IMG/VR virus record: IMGVR_UViG_3300010334_000023
Coordinates: 62,001 to 126,000 of that record
DNA length: 64,000 bases
Strand: one strand, 5' to 3'
Part shown: positions 37,936-47,720 of the stretch, piece after piece
How positions within the stretch are numbered: the stretch's first letter is position 1
How the letters are laid out: every line of letters begins with the position of its first letter
The notes under the pieces: model-generated
What the model saw: only the letters and a program-made list of their open reading frames with translations
Told to the model about the DNA's origin: nothing
Database searches by the model: none
Program-made: the position numbers and the translations under genes

Positions 37936-39597
37936 ATGGAATACTGGTACTCAGGACAGCTACGCAATTATCGACTGCAGTTCATACGTGCATTTAGCAA
38001 CTTCAGCTACAGCGTGGGAACCAATCCAGATGGTACCCCCATCTTAGTTAGAGTGCCATGCCGATATGGGGATCCAAGTAGGATAGCTGCTACCATAGTC
38101 AAGGGCAACAGCGAAAACAAGCTGTTGACCACACCATTCATTACCTGTTGGATAAGCGGCCTAACACTAGCACCAAATCGCCGGCAAGGACCTCAGATAG
38201 TTGATACTGTGCTGGTCAATGAAAGAGCCTACAATCAAGACACCAACCAATATGACAACACACCAGGAAATCGCTACAGCGTCAATCGCTACATGCCTGT
38301 GCCTTATGAATTAAGCATGTCGGTGGACATGTGGACCAACAACGAGAGCGTCAAGGAACAGCTGGTAGAACAGATCATGGTCCTGTATAACCCAGCCATA
38401 GAAGTGCAGACCAGCAATAACCCCATTGATTGGACTGTGCTCACTTGGATAGAGATGCAGGATCAGATCACATGGAGCAGCCGTACCATACCCATCGGTA
38501 CCGAAAATCCAATTGACGTGCTGACCATGGTCTTCCGTTTTCCAATCTGGATCACACCTCCTGCACAGGTCAATCAGCAGACTATCATTGAAAACATCGT
38601 TACCAACATCGTGCAGGGTACCAAAGAAACGCCCAATCAAGTAGAGTGGAGCGATTATGAGTTCCTAGCTAGACGCACATTCACACCAGGCGATCTCAGC
38701 ATTTCCCTGACATGGATAGGCAATAACCAATATACCATGGAACTAGCTAGCTATGGTGGCAATCCAGTTGACAACGGTAACCAAGCCACTGTGACTTTCT
38801 CGCAGGTAAATCCGATTTTGGTTCCCGGCACCAGCTTCAGCTTTAACGGCATAGTCATACCAATCAACACTACCAACATAGCCACGTTCGTAGACAGTGC
38901 TGCTGCTCTGATGATCAATACCAGCTATAACATACAGCTGCAGAACTACAACACAGTGATGTTCATCAACAACACAGCAGAGGACAACACCTTTACCAAC
39001 GTGACCGGAAATCCGTTGACTGGTCTGGGACTGCTAGCAACCACCTATCCCGGTGGGGAACTGGCATGGTGGAGGTTGATCAACTATTACGGGACTTTGA
39101 ATCCTTACAACATTTATGGTAATAATGCTAGCCAGATCACTGTTTGGACAACACAGCCAAACGTGGATCCAACAACTACCTATCAAGCAGCAGGTTGGAT
39201 TCAGCCACATCCAACGAACCAAAACCTACTCATATGGACGGTAGAGCCAGATAGCTTGCCCCCGACTACCATAGCTCCAATCACAGCAGTGGTAAATCCG
39301 CAGTCCAAAGGACCAGGTGCGGGATTGCCAGCTGCTGCTCCAGGTCAAAGCTATCTGCTAACCGAAATGCCATCTCTTAACAGCGTTAGCTGGGGCACTG
39401 TCACTGCCAATGCCAACGACATCATAACCTTCGATGGCACAAACTGGCAGGTCACATGGTCGGCTCAGAACTATCAGGGCAGCATGCAGTACGTACAGAA
39501 CCTCTTTCAAGGCAAGCTGCTTGAATGGAACGGTACGCATTGGAGCGAGTACATATTGCCTCGCTACGCAGCAGGTTTCTGGCGCTTCGCTCTATAA
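37936..39597 (+). CDS. gp15: Tail terminator / sheath stabiliser with C-terminal extension
   Basis: YWYSGQ.R..QF...FSNF, VP.RYG, PVPYEL, EQI.VLYNP. Confidence 0.82.
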   Translation: MEYWYSGQLRNYRLQFIRAFSNFSYSVGTNPDGTPILVRVPCRYGDPSRIAATIVKGNSENKLLTTPFITCWISGLTLAPNRRQGPQIVDTVLVNERAYNQDTNQYDNTPGNRYSVNRYMPVPYELSMSVDMWTNNESVKEQLVEQIMVLYNPAIEVQTSNNPIDWTVLTWIEMQDQITWSSRTIPIGTENPIDVLTMVFRFPIWITPPAQVNQQTIIENIVTNIVQGTKETPNQVEWSDYEFLARRTFTPGDLSISLTWIGNNQYTMELASYGGNPVDNGNQATVTFSQVNPILVPGTSFSFNGIVIPINTTNIATFVDSAAALMINTSYNIQLQNYNTVMFINNTAEDNTFTNVTGNPLTGLGLLATTYPGGELAWWRLINYYGTLNPYNIYGNNASQITVWTTQPNVDPTTTYQAAGWIQPHPTNQNLLIWTVEPDSLPPTTIAPITAVVNPQSKGPGAGLPAAAPGQSYLLTEMPSLNSVSWGTVTANANDIITFDGTNWQVTWSAQNYQGSMQYVQNLFQGKLLEWNGTHWSEYILPRYAAGFWRFAL

Positions 39598-39604
39598 ATA
39601 TTCC

Positions 39605-40354
39605 ATGCTTACTGAAAAGATTGCCAAGCTCAACATCGATGAAAAGAAGTTTGAACAGGTGTTTACACCCGAGGTACATCGTGTAGCTGACGTGCTACGC
39701 AAGTACGGATTTGATGCCAGAGTAGTAGGCGGAGCGGTGCGCGATTTCGTGCGCGGCAAAGCCCCTCGAGACATAGACTTTGCCACCGACGCTGATCCCA
39801 GCGAGCTAATCTACATTTTCAACATGGAAGACATTGATCACGATGACAAAGGCATTGGTCACGGAACCATCAAAGCAGTGTTTCCCAATGGCAAAGTAGA
39901 TGTTACCAGCATTGCCTACAAGCTAGAGCTCAAGGACGGAAAGGTACGCATCATACGCGGCCAAGACTGGGAACAGGATGCTCAGCACAGAGATCTCAGC
40001 ATCAACAGCATGAGCATTGACAAAGACGGCACGCTCTATGATTACACAGGAGGTCTCGATGATCTGCGCAACCAACGTGTGGTCATGCTACCTGTGACAC
40101 AGTATAGGATCAAGGATGACCCTCACTTGATCATGCGATGGTTCAAGGCACTGGGATATTTTAACAGTCCTCGTTGGCCCAAGCACGATCTCGAGATCAT
40201 CAAGCAGAACATGCCTCTGCTAGCCAAGATCAAGGACGAAGAAAAGACTGATCGAGAGCTAAGCAGCATCATGCGCAGCAGGCATGGACAGAAGATTGTG
40301 CGCATGATGTGCGACATGGGTGCAGACAAGTATCTGGGAATAAATTGCGATTGA
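39605..40354 (+). CDS. Class II nucleotidyltransferase (CCA-adding/poly(A) polymerase head), atypical
   Basis: VGGAVRD, DIDFAT, HGT, RDLSINSM, DYTGG.DDL; TATAAATA 4 nt before ATG 39605. Confidence 0.88.
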   Translation: MLTEKIAKLNIDEKKFEQVFTPEVHRVADVLRKYGFDARVVGGAVRDFVRGKAPRDIDFATDADPSELIYIFNMEDIDHDDKGIGHGTIKAVFPNGKVDVTSIAYKLELKDGKVRIIRGQDWEQDAQHRDLSINSMSIDKDGTLYDYTGGLDDLRNQRVVMLPVTQYRIKDDPHLIMRWFKALGYFNSPRWPKHDLEIIKQNMPLLAKIKDEEKTDRELSSIMRSRHGQKIVRMMCDMGADKYLGINCD

Positions 40355-40378
40355 TGTGGCTAACCCACACAATAAAGC

Positions 40379-41242
40379 ATGAAAAAAGATCTAATCATAG
40401 GTTCGTTCACCAACTACAGCTGGGATAAGATCCAGTACTGGGTCAACAGCATAGACGCTTGCGGCTTCAAGGGCGACAAGGCCATGCTGGTTTACAATGC
40501 CGAACTGAGCACAGTTCAGAAGCTCAACGATCGAGGTTTCAAGATAATGGGATTTAGTCAGGATCCCGCCAACGGTAATCTCGTATACAATGGCCAGCTG
40601 ATCATAGTCGTAGAACGCTTCCTGCATCTGCACAGCTTCCTTGATAATCTCATGAAGAGTGAGGACTATCGCTATGTGATTCACACGGATGTCAAGGATG
40701 TGGTATTCCAGCGCAATCCCAGCGAATGGTTGGATGCCAACATGGGCAATGCTAAGATACTAGCCAGCTGCGAGAGCCTGCAGTATCAGCACGAACCCTG
40801 GGGCAACGAAAACTTACAGAACAGCTTCCCTTGGGTGTACGATAAGATGAAGACCAATCCCATATGGAACTGCGGTGTTCAATGTGGCGTACCCAGCGTG
40901 ATGAAAGATCTGTGGCTCAACATATATCTGCTTAGCGTAGGTAGCCAGCATGCTACCAAGGTTCACAATCCCGATCAAGCTGCTTACAATGTGTTGCTGG
41001 GACTAGAACCCTACAAGAGCATCACCAAGTTTACCATGAGCGAGGACGGTTGGGCATGCCAAGCTGGAACCAGTTATGATCCAACCAAGATGCATACCTT
41101 CAAACCGCACTTGCTTGAACCTCAACCAAAGTGGGATGGTGAGAATGCTACCACTAGCAGGGGGGCTAGGCATTACATACTTCATCAGTATGATCGCATC
41201 CCGGAGTGGAAACCCATAATTGAGGCCAAACATGCAGGTTAA
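40379..41242 (+). CDS. GT-A fold glycosyltransferase
   Basis: HTDVKDVVFQRNP, NCGV, DQAAYN, HQYDR. Confidence 0.72.
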   Translation: MKKDLIIGSFTNYSWDKIQYWVNSIDACGFKGDKAMLVYNAELSTVQKLNDRGFKIMGFSQDPANGNLVYNGQLIIVVERFLHLHSFLDNLMKSEDYRYVIHTDVKDVVFQRNPSEWLDANMGNAKILASCESLQYQHEPWGNENLQNSFPWVYDKMKTNPIWNCGVQCGVPSVMKDLWLNIYLLSVGSQHATKVHNPDQAAYNVLLGLEPYKSITKFTMSEDGWACQAGTSYDPTKMHTFKPHLLEPQPKWDGENATTSRGARHYILHQYDRIPEWKPIIEAKHAG

Positions 41243-42197
41243 TTTACAAGAAGAATATCAGAAGGTTGACCAGATGCTGAGCAGTTTGGGCGTACCGCAC
41301 TTCAACCCAGGTCGCAGCATCGTGACCAGCGTTTACGGTAAGGAGATTGCCAGCGGTTATGTTCTAATGCGTGAGCTAGCCTTACAAGAAATCAAGCTAC
41401 CAATTGAAATATTCCATCGCAAAGGCGAGATAACACTCCAGCAAGCAGCCATACTGCGCAGCCCTGCACCTGATCAGATAACTGTGCGAGAGATACAGGG
41501 CAACGCCAAGGATTTCACTACTATCTATGGGACCAAAGCGGGTTGGAGCACCAAGATATATGCTCTATGGGAAAGCCAATACTCAGAGAACCTGTGGCTG
41601 GATGCAGATAGCTTTCCAATAAGAAATCCAGAATTCTTGTTTGATGACCAAGAATACTTGGACAAGGGTAGCTTGTTTTGGCGAGATGTTTTTAGCACTG
41701 ACCGCGCTAATCGCTATCACGACGACGCGCCAATGTGGCGCATCTTCAACGTGAATCCAAACGACGGCGAACCTTTTGAAACAGGACAGCTGCTGTTCAA
41801 CAAGGCACAATGCTGGGCTGAAATGAACTTGGTTAAACACTACGCTGACAACTGCGAGGTGTACTATCACTTTGGCGGAGATGCGGAAACATTCCGCATG
41901 GCGTGGCAACATCTAGATCTCAGAAATGGTCGACGGCCAAGCTACATCAACTACCAAGCTGACCCAATGGTGCCTTATGGATTCATGCCGTTTGGACCTT
42001 TCCACAAGGGCCACTCTAACCAATACAAGAAGTGGGGTGGCGGAACAGTGATGGTCCAGCGCGATCGCAATGGTCTAGAGCTGTTCAACCATCGCAACAT
42101 GGAGAAGTTCTCGCTTGGTAATAATCCTGTATACACTGACATAACCAATGAGCTGCGCTACCATCAGCACATACAAGACCTGAGGCGTTTGATATGA
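41232..42197 (+). CDS. Alpha-mannosyltransferase-like glycosyltransferase (MNN2/GT71-like)
   Basis: LPIEIF, LWLDADSFP.RNPEFLF, FW.D, ETGQLLFNK, GDAETF. Confidence 0.78.
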   Translation: MQVNLQEEYQKVDQMLSSLGVPHFNPGRSIVTSVYGKEIASGYVLMRELALQEIKLPIEIFHRKGEITLQQAAILRSPAPDQITVREIQGNAKDFTTIYGTKAGWSTKIYALWESQYSENLWLDADSFPIRNPEFLFDDQEYLDKGSLFWRDVFSTDRANRYHDDAPMWRIFNVNPNDGEPFETGQLLFNKAQCWAEMNLVKHYADNCEVYYHFGGDAETFRMAWQHLDLRNGRRPSYINYQADPMVPYGFMPFGPFHKGHSNQYKKWGGGTVMVQRDRNGLELFNHRNMEKFSLGNNPVYTDITNELRYHQHIQDLRRLI

Positions 42198-43336
42198 TAG
42201 ATCAAGTTACTGCGGTGAGATTTCCTAGCGAATGGCAGATCAAGAGGCAGCCAGCACGGCCCAATATGCTACGCATTGACTACTGCGGCGGCATGAAGTT
42301 TGACGAAAACTTTGACTGGGACAACATCTGGTACGATTGTGTGCAGTTGAACGATACACAGACCATACTGATCGGTCCGCCGATCTACGAAGGCAAGCAA
42401 TGGTTTGCTGCGAACGCAGGCTTCGCAGATCGGCATGGACGCGCACTGGACTATCAGTTTTATGATCTGGACAGGGTCAGCTATACGTTAGTGCATACCA
42501 AAGGCATAGACGAGTCACTCATCATGATCAGCAAGAAAGCTGATCCAGTGCACATCGAAGTCCATCACAATGATGGATATTTTAACGGCCACAAGACCAT
42601 GGTAACCCTGCAGAAAGATAACCCAATACAATGGATTGAGCAGTGGATGGACTATCACTATCGTGTGCATGGTATAGATGGTTTCTTGATCTATGACAAT
42701 ACCAGCAGCAAGTACACGGTCAACGAACTCGAGAGCAAACTAAGCAGAGATTATCTAAAGCTGAAGATAGTACCGTGGCCTTATCCATATGGTCCGCAGG
42801 GCAGCGACAACGCACCCTGGGACAGCGACTACGGACAGTACTGCATGCTTGAACATGCCAAATATAGGTATCTCAGCCATGCGGCGTTGGTTTTGAACAA
42901 TGACATAGACGAACTGATAGTAACCAAGGGTCCTTCTTTGGACAAGATCCAATCACAGTTAGAATCTGGGCCATATCACTGCCTAGCATACCAAGGACGT
43001 TGGATTGAACCTCACGATGTACCACGTAACAAAGGCGCATATGAAGTACCATTTGAATCAAGATTGTTCAGTGATTATTGCTGCACAGATGCCAATGACA
43101 AGCGAGGTATCGGACACAAGTGGATGTTGGTACCACAGAAAAACATCAACTATCAGTGGTTAGTTCATCGCATAGCCGGACCATATGGTGTGAGCGAGGA
43201 TCTGTTCTACGGACATTATCTTGCTATGAACACCAATTGGAGCTGGGAACGCGACAAATACACTGGCAATGTCAAGGATCTAACACCTGATCCGTGGCTA
43301 CATACAGCGCTGCAGAAGATTGAGGTATATAAATGA
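42194..43336 (+). CDS. Glycosyltransferase (GT92/GT2-like)
   Basis: W..W.DYH...GIDGFLIYDN.S, NNDIDE. Confidence 0.7.
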   Translation: MIDQVTAVRFPSEWQIKRQPARPNMLRIDYCGGMKFDENFDWDNIWYDCVQLNDTQTILIGPPIYEGKQWFAANAGFADRHGRALDYQFYDLDRVSYTLVHTKGIDESLIMISKKADPVHIEVHHNDGYFNGHKTMVTLQKDNPIQWIEQWMDYHYRVHGIDGFLIYDNTSSKYTVNELESKLSRDYLKLKIVPWPYPYGPQGSDNAPWDSDYGQYCMLEHAKYRYLSHAALVLNNDIDELIVTKGPSLDKIQSQLESGPYHCLAYQGRWIEPHDVPRNKGAYEVPFESRLFSDYCCTDANDKRGIGHKWMLVPQKNINYQWLVHRIAGPYGVSEDLFYGHYLAMNTNWSWERDKYTGNVKDLTPDPWLHTALQKIEVYK

Positions 43337-44022
43337 AAAAGCTTTTGGTAGTAACAGGCCCGCAGGGTTCTGGCAATCACATGTGGAGCAAGGTTCTAAG
43401 TGGTACTCCGGGTGTGCGAGGCTGGGAACAGTTGCAGAATGAATACTGGGTTGGACACGGTAACGAGCCGTTCGCACTGATATGGCAAGATCCCAAGCTG
43501 TTCCATGAGATAGACTGGGAACCAGGTAATTATGTTACCAGCATCAGCTGTCCAACTGTTCCAGTGGGAGGACCTACTGCTCCCAGCGTAGAACCACCCT
43601 ATGGCGATTTCATGGCTAATGCTAAGCAAGCAGGATTTGACGTCAAGCTGGCAATCATAGGACGAGACAAGAACATCCTAGAATTCCAACAGAACAGATT
43701 GCGAGAAAACCATAGCACACCAAGATTCTTAAAACACATCGAAGTGCTGATGTCCTATGATCCTGTTTTCATCAGCACAGAATTACTGTATCTCTATCAA
43801 GACCACTATCTCAGACAACTGTCAAAGCTCTTGGATTTTCCAATCAACAATACCAATCTACCGGAGATACTTAAAGACAATACCAATCTCAAATATCTAC
43901 ACCCAGTAGAATCTTATTGGCTAGATGAACACTGTAGGACCAATTCTAGAAAAAACGGCGATCCAACTAACCCTTATGTGTATCAACCAAAAAAGAACTC
44001 CGGAGGAGAAACAAACACATGA
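43333..44022 (+). CDS. P-loop / sulfotransferase-like protein
   Basis: VVTGPQGSGNHMWSK; later IIGRD. Confidence 0.5.
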   Translation: MKKLLVVTGPQGSGNHMWSKVLSGTPGVRGWEQLQNEYWVGHGNEPFALIWQDPKLFHEIDWEPGNYVTSISCPTVPVGGPTAPSVEPPYGDFMANAKQAGFDVKLAIIGRDKNILEFQQNRLRENHSTPRFLKHIEVLMSYDPVFISTELLYLYQDHYLRQLSKLLDFPINNTNLPEILKDNTNLKYLHPVESYWLDEHCRTNSRKNGDPTNPYVYQPKKNSGGETNT

Positions 44023-44978
44023 AGAAATTGCTGTTCGTTGTACACAGATATGCTCCGTTCCCAGGTGGTAGCGAATACTATGTGCAGGCCATGGCGGAAG
44101 AAGCACTGAGCAGAGGACACCAAGTAGCTGTGTTTGCTGGTGAACACCAAGGTGATCACAATGGCGTGCATGTAACCAGCGATCCTCAGATACTTGGTCG
44201 GCCCTGGGATCTCATAGTAGTGCACGGCGGCGATGTTGGTTTACAGAACTTCGTGCTGACCAATGTGCTGAGAATACCAAGTCCCATGCTTTACATGCTG
44301 ATACTGCCTAGCAACAGCGAAACATGCCTACATGCTCTCAGAGAATGTGCTTACCTTGGTTGGAGCACACCAGATGACATCAACCACATACGCAAGCATG
44401 GACAGAGCGATAAAGCTAAACGTGTGCGTCATGGTATCAAGCTGAACGAAAGCATAGGTAAACCAGGATTCAAAGACAAGCATGGTATAACCAAACGCAT
44501 GTTTCTCAGCTGCGGTGGCTATTGGCCCAACAAGAAGATGCGAGAGCTTGCTGATGTGTTTACCAGAGCAGAGCTTGACGATGCAGTGCTAGTCACTACT
44601 GGTTATGACAATCGCATGGATCTAATGCCTGCAGCCAGCGATACAGTGATGCCATTGATGATAGATGACAAAGCAGAAGTGCTCAATGCTATTGCCGAAG
44701 CTGATTGCTACCTCATGCACAGCAACCAAGAAGGATTTGGTCTAGTAATATTAGAGAGCATGCTCAATGAAACGCCGTGGATATCTCGTCAGATCGCAGG
44801 TGCTGCTATGCTCAACAAGTTTGGTCAAACCTACCAAACAGATAGCCAATTGATCAACTTGCTCAAGAATTTTGACCCAGTAACCTATGATTTGTCAGCT
44901 GCTAAACAGCACATACTGGATAATCATACCATACGCAGCACAGTTGATGACATAGAAGCGATCATCACTTCTTCTTAA
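44019..44978 (+). CDS. GT4 (GT-B) glycosyltransferase
   Basis: YAPFPGGSE, NKK, ADCYLMHSNQEGFGLVILESM..PW. Confidence 0.88.
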   Translation: MKKLLFVVHRYAPFPGGSEYYVQAMAEEALSRGHQVAVFAGEHQGDHNGVHVTSDPQILGRPWDLIVVHGGDVGLQNFVLTNVLRIPSPMLYMLILPSNSETCLHALRECAYLGWSTPDDINHIRKHGQSDKAKRVRHGIKLNESIGKPGFKDKHGITKRMFLSCGGYWPNKKMRELADVFTRAELDDAVLVTTGYDNRMDLMPAASDTVMPLMIDDKAEVLNAIAEADCYLMHSNQEGFGLVILESMLNETPWISRQIAGAAMLNKFGQTYQTDSQLINLLKNFDPVTYDLSAAKQHILDNHTIRSTVDDIEAIITSS

Positions 44979-46563
44979 CACGACCCAATGCTACAGCATC
45001 AGGAACCTTGATGTCCCTGATGTCTTTCTCGCCTGGTGTGACGATGCGTCCAACCTTTTGCTGCTGTGTTTTTTCAGCAGACTTGGCTGCTTTCCTAGCC
45101 ACTGCTGGATCGATCTTGGTGGTCAAGCTGGCATCAGGTTCGTCAGTCATCTTAGCACCCTGACCTATCTTGAATCCCAAACGTCCTTTGATTTCGGTGG
45201 CACTGAAGAACTTACCACTGTAGAATTTTATGCTACCCTTGAACTGCGGAGGCCAAACCAAATCATAACCTTGGCATAACAGATCAGCTCCCTGTACTTT
45301 GGTCTTGAAGTACATCTGCACAATGTTTGAATGGTTCAAGATCTCTTTGATGACATCCGTGTAATCTTCATCATTGAGCTTGGTCGTGACCTGCCTAGCT
45401 ATGGCAGCCAACGCATGTTTAGCAGGATCATACTGCGGATGATGAGTGTTAGCAGCATAATCGCTCATGTAATCTGCTATAGTTTCATCCGGTCTGTAGT
45501 CTCGCTTACCATTGTTGATGCTGCTCTTGATCTTGTTAGCCTGTGCATCTGTCACGATACCTTCCGTGGCAGCAACTTTGAGCAAGCCTTCCACAGCTCC
45601 AGAATCCATGATAGTGGTTATGACATCGTTAAACTTGCTAATCTTATCATCCTGCCAAAATGATGCTGGGAACTTGTCTCGATTTTTGGTAAGCGCATCA
45701 TACAAGCCCTTCACGCTAGCAGCTGCGCCGCCAACCTTAGCTTTGGTGCTTATCAGTATTTCCGAGGTCTTTGTTATCACGGTGCTGTCAAACAGGGTTT
45801 CGCCTGTGTTTGTGTTGTATTCTATGCTACTGCTACTTAGGCTTTTGCCCCCGTTCATGACTTCTTCTATCTCTGGTAGCTGATCACTAGGTTCAAACTG
45901 ACCTGTTATCAATGCTATAGGGCTGCCCCATTCGCCTAGATATTTGCTATGTAGATTAGCGTCTGCGGCCCCATCCTTGATCACATAACCGGTGCCATTA
46001 CCACCAGCTAGAGCACGCAGATATTCCTGCATCTGATCAACTGCTTGATCGCCTGCTGTACCTCTGGCAGAATCCAGCAAAGATGCTACCTGAGTTGGTC
46101 GCACGCGCTGCTTTCCCTTGACGACTTCTGCGGGTTTTAACCCGCTGCGTTCGCTGAAACTTACCTTGCGATTCATCACATAACCACCATGACCTGGAAT
46201 GACTCCAGGCGGTATGTTAGTGAGCTTTCCTTCTAGCTTGCCCAAGTCGCGAGTGAACAACACATAATGTTCAAAACCTCTGGGAGTTTCCATGTTCACT
46301 ATGTAAGCTGATTTGGTCCCGCGATCTCGGCTGTTTATCTCATATACCTTACCAGACTTGCCTTGCTTCCAATCCTGATATGCGTCTGTGAAATCTTCAT
46401 TGGAATCATACTGAGGTTGATCTTCTGGCAAAAGCGTGAGACCTTGGAAGGTGGCTATATCGTCGCGATCAGTAGGATCAACATATTCATCACCTGTGCG
46501 CCTAGCCACGAAACCGCGGCTCTCCACAAGTTGGCTAGCAGGAGCAAGATGCCAAATTCTCAT
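44965..46563 (-). CDS. Hypothetical late protein, possibly nuclease-fold
   Basis: 532 aa; N-terminal LVE site; E...LFDS...ISTK weakly resembles PD-(D/E)xK. Confidence 0.5.
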   Translation of the reverse strand: MRIWHLAPASQLVESRGFVARRTGDEYVDPTDRDDIATFQGLTLLPEDQPQYDSNEDFTDAYQDWKQGKSGKVYEINSRDRGTKSAYIVNMETPRGFEHYVLFTRDLGKLEGKLTNIPPGVIPGHGGYVMNRKVSFSERSGLKPAEVVKGKQRVRPTQVASLLDSARGTAGDQAVDQMQEYLRALAGGNGTGYVIKDGAADANLHSKYLGEWGSPIALITGQFEPSDQLPEIEEVMNGGKSLSSSSIEYNTNTGETLFDSTVITKTSEILISTKAKVGGAAASVKGLYDALTKNRDKFPASFWQDDKISKFNDVITTIMDSGAVEGLLKVAATEGIVTDAQANKIKSSINNGKRDYRPDETIADYMSDYAANTHHPQYDPAKHALAAIARQVTTKLNDEDYTDVIKEILNHSNIVQMYFKTKVQGADLLCQGYDLVWPPQFKGSIKFYSGKFFSATEIKGRLGFKIGQGAKMTDEPDASLTTKIDPAVARKAAKSAEKTQQQKVGRIVTPGEKDIRDIKVPDAVALGRVKKK

Positions 46564-47297
46564 AGCGAATCCATTGGTAGGTGCATGATGCCTTTGGCTG
46601 CAGATTCTCGAGCTTGTGCCAGCTTGGCATCTCTTTCAGGATCATCTTTCAGTGCTCGCAATATGCTCTTGGCTGAATTGAGATCGTCAGCAGTGGCATC
46701 AGGATTGAGCAGCACTTTGGCCACGGTGTCTCTGTCTCGAGCTACTTCAGTGTTGCCTTCTCTGGTCATGAGCTTGCCAGTGAAAGCATCAAACTTGAGA
46801 CCCAGTGCCTTGCCTATGCTGTTCATCAATATGAATATGTCACTGCCCTTGAATTCTGGATCATCATACATGCCCCTAGGTCCATGTTGGTGATAGGGAG
46901 CCACGGTACCAACGTCGTCTATGACCATGTAATCTACCTGAGCAATACCGCCGTCAAATGGTATGCCAACATGCACGTTACGACCACTCATCTTGGCATC
47001 ATAGCCTTTCTGCACTAGATATTCTTCCAGTGCTTTCTTGGCAGACTTTGCTGGATCTTTCTGGCTGATCGTCTTGAAGTATTTGACCAAATCACTGGTT
47101 TCTATCATGAGATCAATGTCGCCCGGAGGCACTTTCTTAAAACCTGCCGAGCCTATGTCCTTGGCTAGATTCACACGCAGTGCTGGTGGTAAGAGCTTTA
47201 TCGCATCATCAACCACTGCTGACACTTGATCTAGTGGCACAGCAGATGCGTTTGGTATAGCGTTACCGCCTTCGGTTATTATCTCTCGCCAACGCAT
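46560..47297 (-). CDS. Pol-beta superfamily nucleotidyltransferase-like protein
   Basis: IGSAG.K...GDIDL and QVDYM third Asp; MRWREIITE leader. Confidence 0.68.
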   Translation of the reverse strand: MRWREIITEGGNAIPNASAVPLDQVSAVVDDAIKLLPPALRVNLAKDIGSAGFKKVPPGDIDLMIETSDLVKYFKTISQKDPAKSAKKALEEYLVQKGYDAKMSGRNVHVGIPFDGGIAQVDYMVIDDVGTVAPYHQHGPRGMYDDPEFKGSDIFILMNSIGKALGLKFDAFTGKLMTREGNTEVARDRDTVAKVLLNPDATADDLNSAKSILRALKDDPERDAKLAQARESAAKGIMHLPMDSL

Positions 47298-47305
47298 CAG
47301 TTACC

Positions 47306-47605
47306 TCAAAAATTAAATGTTTTCACAGGTTGTACTGCAGAAGCATGTTCTGCTTCTAACTCACTGTGTATTTGCTCAACATTTATAACACCATATACCC
47401 AGGCTTCTACCATTTCTTCTGTAACAGAATCAAAAGGCACAAAGGTTTCCAGATTCGGCGCTCCTAGTTGAACAGTATCGTTCTTCTTATAGGTAGTACC
47501 GTCGTCAGCATATAGCACGCACCACCAATGTATCTGGCTGATAGCATCCGTAAAAACTTCATCGCTGTAAACATCAGCTGGGCCTAATTGCCAATCGTAT
47601 CTCAT
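47306..47605 (-). CDS. Small hypothetical late protein
   Basis: 99 aa; FVPFDSVTEE.V.AWV; late promoter 47632-47627; AGGAG RBS. Confidence 0.6.
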   Translation of the reverse strand: MRYDWQLGPADVYSDEVFTDAISQIHWWCVLYADDGTTYKKNDTVQLGAPNLETFVPFDSVTEEMVEAWVYGVINVEQIHSELEAEHASAVQPVKTFNF

Positions 47606-47671
47606 ATCTAGCTCCTTGACGCAGCATATTTATGGTTATATGATGAGTGATGATAGTCGAGCATGCATACA

Positions 47672-47699
47672 GAAAACCCGGGATTGCTCCCGGGTTTTC
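47672..47699 (-). terminator. Terminator after major capsid gene
   Basis: GAAAACCCGGGA-4 nt-TCCCGGGTTTTC. Confidence 0.82.
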
Positions 47700-47720
47700 C
47701 TTTCTAGTAGCTCTAATTTC

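Noticed and set aside
39434-39604. N-terminal extension of the nucleotidyltransferase ORF
   Set aside because: It overlaps gp15 by 164 nt; the late promoter and homology start support ATG 39605
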